From Dehalococcoidia bacterium (lineage in GTDB: Bacteria; Chloroflexota; Dehalococcoidia; Lucifugimonadales; UBA2985), in assembly GCA_965261605.1 (NCBI GenBank), contig OZ253466.1, positions 1,440,819 through 1,504,818 on the forward strand: DNA of 64,000 nucleotides, given 5' to 3'. The translations under genes were made by a program, and so were the position numbers. Position 1 is the first letter of the stretch; every line of letters begins with the position of its first letter. Shown one piece after another: positions 46,617 to 55,300 of the stretch. The notes beneath the pieces were generated by a model. The model was not told the DNA's origin, ran no database searches, and saw only the letters and a program-made list of their open reading frames with translations.

Positions 46617-46981
46617 ATCGGCAACACCCGGACCCGGTTTCGGCTTTCGTCAACCACGACCAAGGCTCCGGAGGACAGGTCGGCCTCATGCTGGTTGAGA
46701 GCCGCGATGACCGAGCTCTCCAGGTAGTCCGGCAGGACATTCTCGGCGCGGACCTGAAGCACACTTGGGCCGACGTTATGCGTCAGCGCCAGCATGGTGC
46801 CGAAGTCCAGGTCGTGGGTGAACACTACGCATTGGTGAGTAGCTGCCCAATCCATGATGTCCCTGTCGCTAGCCCTTGGATCGCCAACGTCGGACCAGTG
46901 TACTGCCTGCCATCCGTGCTTCTGCAGCGCCGGTACCCATTCGGGTGATAGGTTCATGTCAACGAGGAGCGTCGGCCTCAT
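46613..46981 (-). CDS. DUF5615-type PIN-like toxin (putative)
   Basis: MRPTLLVDMNLSPEWVPAL...VVFTHDLDFG. ATGA overlap with the DUF433 gene. Confidence 0.6.
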   Translation of the reverse strand: MRPTLLVDMNLSPEWVPALQKHGWQAVHWSDVGDPRASDRDIMDWAATHQCVVFTHDLDFGTMLALTHNVGPSVLQVRAENVLPDYLESSVIAALNQHEADLSSGALVVVDESRNRVRVLPI

Positions 46982-47223
46982 GACGTTGAGAGGGGGACTT
47001 CCCGTTCCTCCAGCCTCCAGGCGGCATAGGCCAGGGATTGGTCGATGTCCTCCCTTTCAAGATACGGATAGGCCTTGAGGATTTCGGTAGGTGAGCGACC
47101 GGCCGCCAAGAGACCCACAACCGTCCCGACCGTTACGCGCATTCCACGGATGCACGCCTTACCGCCCATGACGGCAGGGTCGATGGTAATTCTTTCCAGT
47201 GATTTCATGATCTCCCCTTCCAC
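46978..47223 (-). CDS. DUF433-type antitoxin (putative)
   Basis: ITIDPAVMGGKACIRGMRVTVGTVVGLLAAGRSPTEILKAYPYLEREDI. Confidence 0.65.
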   Translation of the reverse strand: MEGEIMKSLERITIDPAVMGGKACIRGMRVTVGTVVGLLAAGRSPTEILKAYPYLEREDIDQSLAYAAWRLEEREVPLSTS

Positions 47224-47271
47224 GATCAGATTCTTGCGGCTTTCCGTCCAGCGTGCCTGGTGTATCCTGGG

Positions 47272-47505
47272 TCAGCGGCCCCATGCTTCCTTCTCTTCTG
47301 CCAAGTAGGCCGCCACGTCTGCGGCCGTCTTGAAGACCAAGTGCCCTGGCGCTTCGTCCAGAATGTCAACGGCAGACCGGCGTTCTGACGCCGCCGACTG
47401 GCTAACAACCACGTCAACGGACTCCCCCACGGGAAGCCCCTGGTCCACGATCTCGATCTTGCCGCCCGGCAGTACCGTCGTTCTTATGTGCAGTACCTTT
47501 TGCAT
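47272..47505 (-). CDS. Hypothetical small protein (antitoxin-like)
   Basis: 77 aa, MQKVLHIRTTVLPGGKIEIVDQGLPVGESVDVVV... Its first 64 nt are repeated at 48031-48094. Confidence 0.4.
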   Translation of the reverse strand: MQKVLHIRTTVLPGGKIEIVDQGLPVGESVDVVVSQSAASERRSAVDILDEAPGHLVFKTAADVAAYLAEEKEAWGR

Positions 47506-47540
47506 GGTTGACGCCTCCCTTGTTCGGCGATTGTCACCGT

Positions 47541-47750
47541 CTACGCTTGGTCGAAGTCCTCCCGGCTGATGTCCAAGTCTCTTCGGATGCCGTGAAGGGT
47601 CCCCGTGGCCAGGTCCCGTTTGCCGTGTCTGGGAACGGTGGTTTCCTGGTTGTTGGCTGGGTTGATCCAGATTTCGTGCGATCCTCCTGCCTGGCGGTCA
47701 AAGGCGCATCCGAGCCTTCTGAGCTTCCTCGTCAGTTCTCTATAGGTCAT
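47541..47750 (-). CDS. hicA: HicA mRNA interferase toxin
   Basis: MTYRELTRKLRRLGCAFDRQAGGSHEIW...VPRHGKRDLATGTLHGIRRDL. Confidence 0.85.
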   Translation of the reverse strand: MTYRELTRKLRRLGCAFDRQAGGSHEIWINPANNQETTVPRHGKRDLATGTLHGIRRDLDISREDFDQA

Positions 47751-47992
47751 ACAGCCACAGATATCCTGCCCTCTCCGGTCTGGGATCGAGCTATCCCCGC
47801 AGGCAGGGATTTGCCCCGTTCCCTGTAGGAGAGGATGAATTGCTCAGCCACCGTGCACAGTTCGGCCAGGGTCTGGTTGGCGTTCTCCCCCCACGCACGG
47901 CACCCGGGCAATCCCGGTATCTCTGCCATGTAAAGCCACCCCTGGTCTTCACGGGGTTCGTGCAGTACATAGTCCAACTGGTACAGTTCCAT
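47747..47992 (-). CDS. hicB: HicB antitoxin
   Basis: ...GWLYMAEIPGLPGCRAWGENANQTLAEL... (UPF0150/HicB N-domain). ATGA overlap with hicA. Confidence 0.75.
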   Translation of the reverse strand: MELYQLDYVLHEPREDQGWLYMAEIPGLPGCRAWGENANQTLAELCTVAEQFILSYRERGKSLPAGIARSQTGEGRISVAV

Positions 47993-48019
47993 CTCGTCCT
48001 CCTTGGATCCCCTTAGCCT

Positions 48020-48094
48020 TCACCTCTCCCGGTCCACGATCTCTATCTTGCCTCCCGGCAATACCGTCGTCCGTATGTGCAACACTTTTTGCAT
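48020..48094 (-). pseudogene. Truncated paralog of the 47272-47505 gene (24 codons)
   Basis: MQKVLHIRTTVLPGGKIEIVDRER-stop. The first 21 aa are identical to the neighbour, and all ~8 nucleotide differences are synonymous. Confidence 0.6.
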
Positions 48095-48155
48095 CTACTC
48101 GTCCTCCTTGTAGCCTTGCCCCTTCACTCCACTGTCTGCCCCAAGGCTGTTATGT

Positions 48156-48674
48156 TCATTCAATTCCCAACCGCTTGTCCAGCAGCACTACGAATGATCG
48201 TGCCAAAGATGTCCCAACGAACGCTGTTTGGCCGATGGCGACCACACCAAATGCAACCAAGAATAGGTACTTCGAATCAATACCTAAGAAGACTGCTTCA
48301 GAGCCAACAGTCGCAGCATACCGATGGAGTGTCGAGTCGAGAGCAAAAAGCAGCCCCAGCAAGACACCTACGTAGAATGTCAAAACAAGTAAGACATAGG
48401 TGACATGCCCCATACTCCATATCGATGCTTGCACCAATGATAACTTTCGCATGGCATCATTCTCTGCAGTAGCCTCCCACCATCCTGACAGGCTTGCATA
48501 AAAACCTAGCGCCAAAGCAATGCCCAACCAAAGTTCCAGGAGTTCACGTGTGATAAATGGCATATCCGGGTTCCATTCGTAAGTGTGTTGAAACGCTAGC
48601 AGCAAGAGTGCTAGTAGAGAAAGAAGCCATATTACCCGGAAAAACCATGCAGTTTTTCTCCCGCCGTCGTTCAT
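48156..48674 (-). CDS. Hypothetical integral membrane protein (~5 TM)
   Basis: 172 aa and strongly hydrophobic. Co-oriented downstream of the methyltransferase. Lower GC (45-58% in sampled lines). Confidence 0.5.
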   Translation of the reverse strand: MNDGGRKTAWFFRVIWLLSLLALLLLAFQHTYEWNPDMPFITRELLELWLGIALALGFYASLSGWWEATAENDAMRKLSLVQASIWSMGHVTYVLLVLTFYVGVLLGLLFALDSTLHRYAATVGSEAVFLGIDSKYLFLVAFGVVAIGQTAFVGTSLARSFVVLLDKRLGIE

Positions 48675-48717
48675 CGCTCTCTGACACCTTTTTCGTTAAT
48701 GCTTAATGATTCAGTTC

Positions 48718-48996
48718 TCATCGCCTTCCCGTAAGCCTGTAGTAGGCGGGATAGACTACCGCCGCAGCCAGTAAGATACCAATGCCGCCCATTAGAACCA
48801 TGGCCATTCCGAAGTCTAGAACGTACAGAACAATCCTGTTCGCCAACTCCGCGTCTTTTGCCTGTTCCACCACTATGTTATGAACAAGTTCGCTCCACAA
48901 TTGGCGAGTCAATGAGAAGATAAACGCGTCGATGACTAGTCCCAAGACGATCGTAATTGCAAATAGTAGTCTTGCTTCGCCCACCATAACCTCCAT
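48718..48996 (-). CDS. Hypothetical small membrane protein (2-3 TM)
   Basis: 92 aa, starting 11 nt after the methyltransferase stop. Confidence 0.45.
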   Translation of the reverse strand: MEVMVGEARLLFAITIVLGLVIDAFIFSLTRQLWSELVHNIVVEQAKDAELANRIVLYVLDFGMAMVLMGGIGILLAAAVVYPAYYRLTGRR

Positions 48997-49007
48997 CCAG
49001 CGAGTAA

Positions 49008-52000
49008 CTATCCCTCCCGCCCCATGCGGTATTTGATGTCGTAGTTGATGATGAAGTCCAGTTCCTCATCCGTGAAGCCGTAGTGCTCGGCCAGCATCCG
49101 GTCAACGTTGTCGATGAAAGGCTTTGCCGATGCCGGACTGAATCGTTGGTACTCAACCGCCCCGCCGATGTTGTACGTCGCCGCCTGAATATCTGAGTTT
49201 TCTTCAAGGCAACTGATTATCTGATGTGCGGATTTCTGCAAGAGGGATACACCATCAGCAATCGAGTCCGGAATAGGTATCGACTCCAAATCAGAAGGGT
49301 TGAAGTCCCTGCAATTCGTGCGCGCTTGATACAGCCAGTAGTGAAACGTACTCCAGAGCAAGCAGAAGACGGTGTCTCTTATGAGTGGATTTGGAAAGCA
49401 GACGCTGCTTTCACGAGTAGACGACCCTTCTATTCCGTCCCGCCAGAATCGAGGTGGAGACGTTGTGAAGGTAAACCAGCGGTTCACTCCAGTGATCTTG
49501 TAATAGATGCGATGCTCAGTTGGCGTGGCAGAAATCAGACTTCCAAGGGTAGTGGGCAGACTTAGCACCTTGCGATAAATGTTAAGGTCCGTCTGTGAAC
49601 GAAGCTTCGGAATTACTTCGCCAGGAATGGCAACAGGAGCGAACTGATACTGCACAAGGTCGAGAAGACTTGGAGTCTCTTCCTTGTACCACTTGTGATA
49701 TCTAGTAGTGGCAGTGGTGCGATGTTGTTTAGAAGTGCCTTTGCAGTGCAAAACGATACAGACCCGACAGTTGTTCATACCTTGAAACAGCTTTGAAGGA
49801 CGATCATTAAATATGGCATATGAGGTGAATTCCGAATGCTGGTAGAGAAGCTCTCGCAATTGAGACATGCGCTGTGTTGAGACAACTGGAGCTTGCACGA
49901 TAAAGCCTAGTCGTCGACCTGAGCCAAGTAGATTGGAGCTCCTCTCCGCACAGAGAGCATAGAGATTGCCACACTGCTCTGTTTCGAACCCTCGAATCTC
50001 ATACTCCCTGCGAATCTTGCTGTATTCCACGTACGGCGGGTTGCCAATGACGACGTCAAAGCCACCCCTAGCCATGATGCCGTAGAACTCCGCGAACCAG
50101 TGGAAGGGCTGGTGGCCGTTGCGCCAGGCGTCGTAGGTGGCGGTTTTCTTGGGGTCCACGCCGTACTCGGCGGCTAGGAGACGGTCCAGTTCGTTACCCA
50201 GGCTCTGCAGGCGGTCGCGCAAATCCTTCTTGTGTTCGGCGGTGACCTCTCCGCCCAGCGCGGTCTGCTGCTCACGGAAGCGATCGAAGGCGCGGCCGGC
50301 CACGTCGGCGTCCTCCTCTATGCGGGCCAGCGTCCTTTGCTGCTCTTCGTCAAGCGCCCGGTATTGGCCGTTGGGCATAACCGTCATGGCCTGCCGCACA
50401 GCGTCCAGGGAGGTGAAGCCGACGAGGGTGTTGCCCGCGCGGATGTTGAAGTCTATGTCCGGCAGCGGCTCTATCTGGTCATAGGTTTCGAGCTGGGCCA
50501 CGAGCTTCAGGAAGAGGCGCAGTTTGCAGATCTCCACCGCCTCTTCCATGATGTCCACGCCGTAGAGGTTGTTGAGGACAATGGACTTGAGAATGAAGTA
50601 GCGCTCGCTGGGATGACCGTCCGCCTCATCCAGCACCTTGCGAAAGTCCTCCAGGAAACTCGCGCTGCGCTTGTGCTCGGACCTTTCGGCGTCGTCCAGA
50701 AAGCCGCGCATCCCCTCCAGACAGGCGGTATAGAGGGGTTCCAGAATGTTCAGGGCAGCGAACAGGAACGCGCCTGAGCCGCAGGTGGGGTCGAGGACCG
50801 ACACGTCGCGCATAGCGTGCCAGAAGGCGCGCAGGAGGTCATGCCCTGCGCTCTGGGCGATGACGTCCCTGGCGAACCGCTCAATGTCCAGGTTCAACGT
50901 GATGAGGTCGTTGACATTCTGCGCCTCGCCCGACGCGAGCTTGGCCCTAACCTCTTCATAACGGGTGCGGCGAGCCACGACCTCGCGCCAAGTCTCGGTT
51001 GGTAGCGCGTAGTCGTCCGGCGCGGGCCGGTTCCAGCCGCCGCGCTGCGACACATCGCCGATGCCGGCGGCGATGTCGTCCGGCAGATGGAAGGGAGTGT
51101 CGAGGGGCTTCGGGTCTTCGGCCTGCCGCGCGTTCCAGGTGATGCCGTGGCCAACGGCGGGGTAGATGTAGCGGTCGGGGTCGTCCCGCAGCAGCCGCCA
51201 GACGCCGCCGTCCGGCCCGAAAGCCACCGGGCACTCCTTCCGAGCGGCGTCGAACAGGAAGGGGATGACTGTGTTCCGCGAGATGTAGCCGGTGATGTCC
51301 TCCTTGGTGTAGTAGGCGCCCATCTGCTTCTGGTTGACGTACTTCTCGAAGATGTAGCCAAGCACGTCCGGGTTGATCTCGTTGTCCTTCTTGCCGGGGC
51401 GGTCGTCCAGGTGCCAGGTGTAGCCGTCGAAGAAATCGAAGACCCTCTCGAAGGCGGCGTCGGGGATGGAGATGTCCGGGTTGTCCTGCTCCAAGGCGTG
51501 CTGGTCGAACAGGCCGCCGTTGAGGAAGGGCACTTTGCCCAGCAGCGCGATGAGGTCGGGCGTGCGCTGGGCTTCGGGCAGCGCCAGGCCCTTGTGGAAC
51601 AGCCGGAGGAGGAAGATGCGATAGAACTGCTGGAAGCGCCCGCCACCGCTTTGGTTCCGGACCGTGCTCAGACGGTTGCGAAGATAGTCCGGGTCACCGT
51701 CCAGAAAGTTCTTCTTCTGGATGAAGTAGACGAACATCATGCGGTTCAGCATGAGGGAAGCGTACCAGTCCCGGTCGCCCTGGGCGGTGATGCCCTCGAT
51801 GAAGTTCCCGAAGGCGGTCAGCTCGGCCCGGAAGCGTTCATAGAAGCGCTTGGTGACCTTCTCAACGTCGAAAACCTTGCCGACGAGAGAGACAACGTCG
51901 GTAATCCCGATGCCCTTGGCCTCGTCCTCCAACGTAAACAAGAAGTTATCGAGGCGCTGCAAGAGTGGCTGCCCCGTTTGGCCGGCATAGAAGCGATGCT

Positions 52001-52349
52001 CTCGGCAAGCGGTTGGTTTTCCGGCCTGCCTCTTAACCCATTGCCAAACTTGCTGCGTGCGGGCTGCGTCGACAAAGATGATGAGGTGCTCAAAGGCCCG
52101 CTTTGTGACTTGGGTCTCTATCTTGCGCCGCAACGGGTAATCGGGAATAGCGCCATCGGACCCTGGGGCGCATTGAAAGACGGCGAACTCCGCCTTTTTC
52201 GCTACGGGCCTGAGCGCGTACTCGAAGCCGTCCACAGGGATGGCTAGTGATTCACCCTGGAAGTGGTCCCAACCCAGGCCCTCCACGAAGAGACGCGGAA
52301 AGTCGAAAGCCTGTAGGTGGGGCCGTAGCTCTTCAATGGAGACTGGCAT
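49008..52349 (-). CDS. Large Eco57I/type IIG-like N6-adenine DNA methyltransferase with C-terminal recognition domain
   Basis: 1113 aa. FLNGGLF, motif I VLDPTCGSGAFL, motif IV VIGNPPYVEY. Its ATG overlaps the helicase TGA by 1 nt (TGATG). Confidence 0.85.
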   Translation of the reverse strand: MPVSIEELRPHLQAFDFPRLFVEGLGWDHFQGESLAIPVDGFEYALRPVAKKAEFAVFQCAPGSDGAIPDYPLRRKIETQVTKRAFEHLIIFVDAARTQQVWQWVKRQAGKPTACREHRFYAGQTGQPLLQRLDNFLFTLEDEAKGIGITDVVSLVGKVFDVEKVTKRFYERFRAELTAFGNFIEGITAQGDRDWYASLMLNRMMFVYFIQKKNFLDGDPDYLRNRLSTVRNQSGGGRFQQFYRIFLLRLFHKGLALPEAQRTPDLIALLGKVPFLNGGLFDQHALEQDNPDISIPDAAFERVFDFFDGYTWHLDDRPGKKDNEINPDVLGYIFEKYVNQKQMGAYYTKEDITGYISRNTVIPFLFDAARKECPVAFGPDGGVWRLLRDDPDRYIYPAVGHGITWNARQAEDPKPLDTPFHLPDDIAAGIGDVSQRGGWNRPAPDDYALPTETWREVVARRTRYEEVRAKLASGEAQNVNDLITLNLDIERFARDVIAQSAGHDLLRAFWHAMRDVSVLDPTCGSGAFLFAALNILEPLYTACLEGMRGFLDDAERSEHKRSASFLEDFRKVLDEADGHPSERYFILKSIVLNNLYGVDIMEEAVEICKLRLFLKLVAQLETYDQIEPLPDIDFNIRAGNTLVGFTSLDAVRQAMTVMPNGQYRALDEEQQRTLARIEEDADVAGRAFDRFREQQTALGGEVTAEHKKDLRDRLQSLGNELDRLLAAEYGVDPKKTATYDAWRNGHQPFHWFAEFYGIMARGGFDVVIGNPPYVEYSKIRREYEIRGFETEQCGNLYALCAERSSNLLGSGRRLGFIVQAPVVSTQRMSQLRELLYQHSEFTSYAIFNDRPSKLFQGMNNCRVCIVLHCKGTSKQHRTTATTRYHKWYKEETPSLLDLVQYQFAPVAIPGEVIPKLRSQTDLNIYRKVLSLPTTLGSLISATPTEHRIYYKITGVNRWFTFTTSPPRFWRDGIEGSSTRESSVCFPNPLIRDTVFCLLWSTFHYWLYQARTNCRDFNPSDLESIPIPDSIADGVSLLQKSAHQIISCLEENSDIQAATYNIGGAVEYQRFSPASAKPFIDNVDRMLAEHYGFTDEELDFIINYDIKYRMGREG

Positions 52350-55300
52350 CAGCGGTTGTCCTCACTGTCGAACAGCCCCAGGGAGCAGATGATCTGCGGT
52401 TCCTGGGCCTCGGCAACTGCGTTCCCCGTTAGGCAGAGCCTGTCCTCCTCACGCAGCGACATGACGATTTCGGCCAACTGGTCGTCGGAGACGCCGCTGC
52501 GGAGCTGCCGGTTCAGGGTGTCCACTGCCGACGGGCGCAGAGGATAGCGGTAGATGTCGTCGATGGCCTTGTGCAGCGCCTCCACGTCGAACAGCTGGCC
52601 CTTGATGGCCTCCGCGTACTGCTTGAGACGGGTGTACGTGCGGAAGCGAGCGCCGGAGGGCCGCCCGAGCTGGCCGCCGACTCGCTTCTCCTCCCTGACG
52701 AGGTGACCGACCCCGTCGGCGACGAGGCGATGGTGGCTCTCGTGATGAGGCTGCGCAGGGGTGTCCGGCCTGCACTCGGCGGCGGCGAGGATTTCAAGCT
52801 GCGACTCGGTGATGCTGTGACCCTCGCGGTCCACGTAAGCCAGGGCGTCGTTCCCGTCCGCCGTGCGCATGAAGACGAGGACGCCTTCGGGCCGCTGGGC
52901 GATGGGCGTGTGCTGGCGAGACGAGAACACGACGTCGGGCAGGTCGGCGACGGCCTTCTCCAATCGCGGGTCCGCGCTCGTAGCGTTCTTCCAGATCTGG
53001 TAAGCGTGGGACGCCAGGTCAACCTCACCGTCGGGGTCGCCGTCCAGGATGCCGGCGCGCTCGTTGTAGAGGTTGACGATGGTCTGGCTATCGGATTCAT
53101 CTTCGAAGAAAGCCTCGTCCGCGCCAACGACCTCCGCGTTTTCCCGAAGCCGCGTCCGAACGCGGTTACGCAGGTTGATGATACGCTCTACGCCGTCGGC
53201 GGGCAGGAAGGAGTGGCACAGAATCTCCTCCGCCTTCTGCCCTATGCGGTCGACGCGGCCCGCCCGCTGGATAAGACGGATGATGGCCCAAGGCAGGTCG
53301 TAGTTGACGACGACGTGGCAGTCCTGGAGGTTCTGGCCCTCGCTGAGTACGTCGGTGGCGACCAGGACGCGAAGCTCCTGTTCCGGTTTGTCCTGGCCCG
53401 GCCGCTGGTTGCTGTTGGGGCTGAATCGCCGTGCAAACTGCGTGGGGTCGGCGGAGCTGCCGGTGACGCCCGCCATAGCCTCCACGCCTCTGCCCTTGAG
53501 CTGCGACTCAAGGTAGAAGACCGTATCGGCGAACTGGGAGAAGACCAGGACCTTCCGGTCCGGGAACGTCTCCATAAGGAGCGTGTGGAGCGCGTCGAGC
53601 TTGGCGTCGTGACGCGGGTCCCATGCGCCGTAGGTCTGGAGCAGGTCCAGGAGGGCGTTGGAGTCGGCCTGGAGTTCGCTCTCCAAGGAATCCCGAAAGA
53701 GGTCGGAGCGGAGCCACTTGAAGCGTCTCCTATAGCGGCCCTCGTAATCCGCGTATATAGCGGCGGCGCTCGCTTCGAAGCCGGCCGCAGTCCAAGCGCC
53801 GCCGGTCTCCTGGACTTCCTCTTCCTGCTCGTCATCGTCAGGGTCGAAGAGTGATCCCCTCGCCTGGTCTGCGTCTTCGTCGGTGAAGCGGGAATCCAGC
53901 ATCTCGGCGTCCTGCGTGCCAAGGGGCAGCGGCAGGCCATTCTGGAGGGCGTGAAGGAAGACATAGTTTCGGAGAACGTGACGTTCGACGGATTGCAGGA
54001 AGGCCGCGCCGCTGCTTTCCAGGCGTTTGAAGAGGTTCGTACGGCAGAAGCCCATCAGCCGCTTCCCGGCCCGTGAGAGGTCGTTTATTTGGCGATCCTC
54101 GGCAGTAGTGGGCGGCGTCCCCGGGTTGTCAGCGACGTAGTTGCCAAGGCCGTATCTTGGCAGATGCAGATTGTTCACCGTATCGACCACCTGTTGCGAG
54201 TACAGCTTGGCGTACTGGTCATCTGGATTGGACTCGTCGATGGCGAATTTGACTGTCTTAGGAATACGGGTGGGGAAGAACGATTGGGTTCCGTCCTCGT
54301 AGGTGAGGAACTTTCGCCCTGTCTCCTGTTCCGTCTCCGCGTAGTTGTCCTGGATGAAGCTGCGGGTGCGGCGCACGAGGTAGAGTCTCATCAGGTCCCG
54401 CCAGTCATCTGCGTGCTCACTGAAGTCGAAGGCCGCCAGGGTGCGCGGCGAGGCCTGGTGGCGCCTGCTGAACTCGATCTCGCCCAACTCTCGCAGGAGT
54501 CGTTCGGGGCGGATGCCCAGGTCTTGGTCTTCCTCAACGAAGATGCGCAGTTGGCTGGACAGGTCCAAGTACGTCTTGTTGTAGGGCGTAGCCGATAGGA
54601 GAATGCACTTGCTCTCGTTTGCGTGTACGTACTCTTGGATTGCCCGATAGCGGCGGCCCTCGCGGTTTCGAAGGTTGTGACTCTCGTCAATGACAACCAG
54701 TCGGTAGCGGCGTAGGGTGGGCAGCTCGCCGAGCACCCTGCTGAGGGACAGCACCCTGGCCCGCAGCTGGTACTGGTACACGTAGTCTTCCCACATGGGG
54801 ACGAGGTTCTTGGGGCAGATGATAAGCGTCTCCAGCCCGTAGTCGTCCTCGAAGATGCGAGCGACGGCGGTAGCCATGAGTGTCTTGCCAAGTCCCACCA
54901 CATCCCCGATGAGCACGCCGTTGCGCTTGTTCAAATGGTGGGCCGCGATCTTGACTGCGGCGGCCTGGAAGTCGAACAGCCGGTCGCCGAACACCTTGGG
55001 AATCCTGAACTCGGCAAGACCGGCGCGGGCCTCGTGAGAGAGGTGGTAGGCCATCTTGAGGTAGACGTGGTAGGGAGGAATGAGCGCTTCCCGCGCCCAA
55101 CTCTCTTCGATGATCTGAAGCAGCTCGTCCGTGATGTCAACACAGAAGCGGTCGCTCCACCTGTCCTCGAACCACTGCGTGAGCTTGAGAGCGGCGTCGT
55201 GGTCGAGCACGTCCACGTTCAACTCGCCTTGCCCGGAGAGCCCTGCGAAGGTCAGGTTGCTGCTTCCCAGGTAGCCGACGATGGGGTTGACGGGGTCGTC

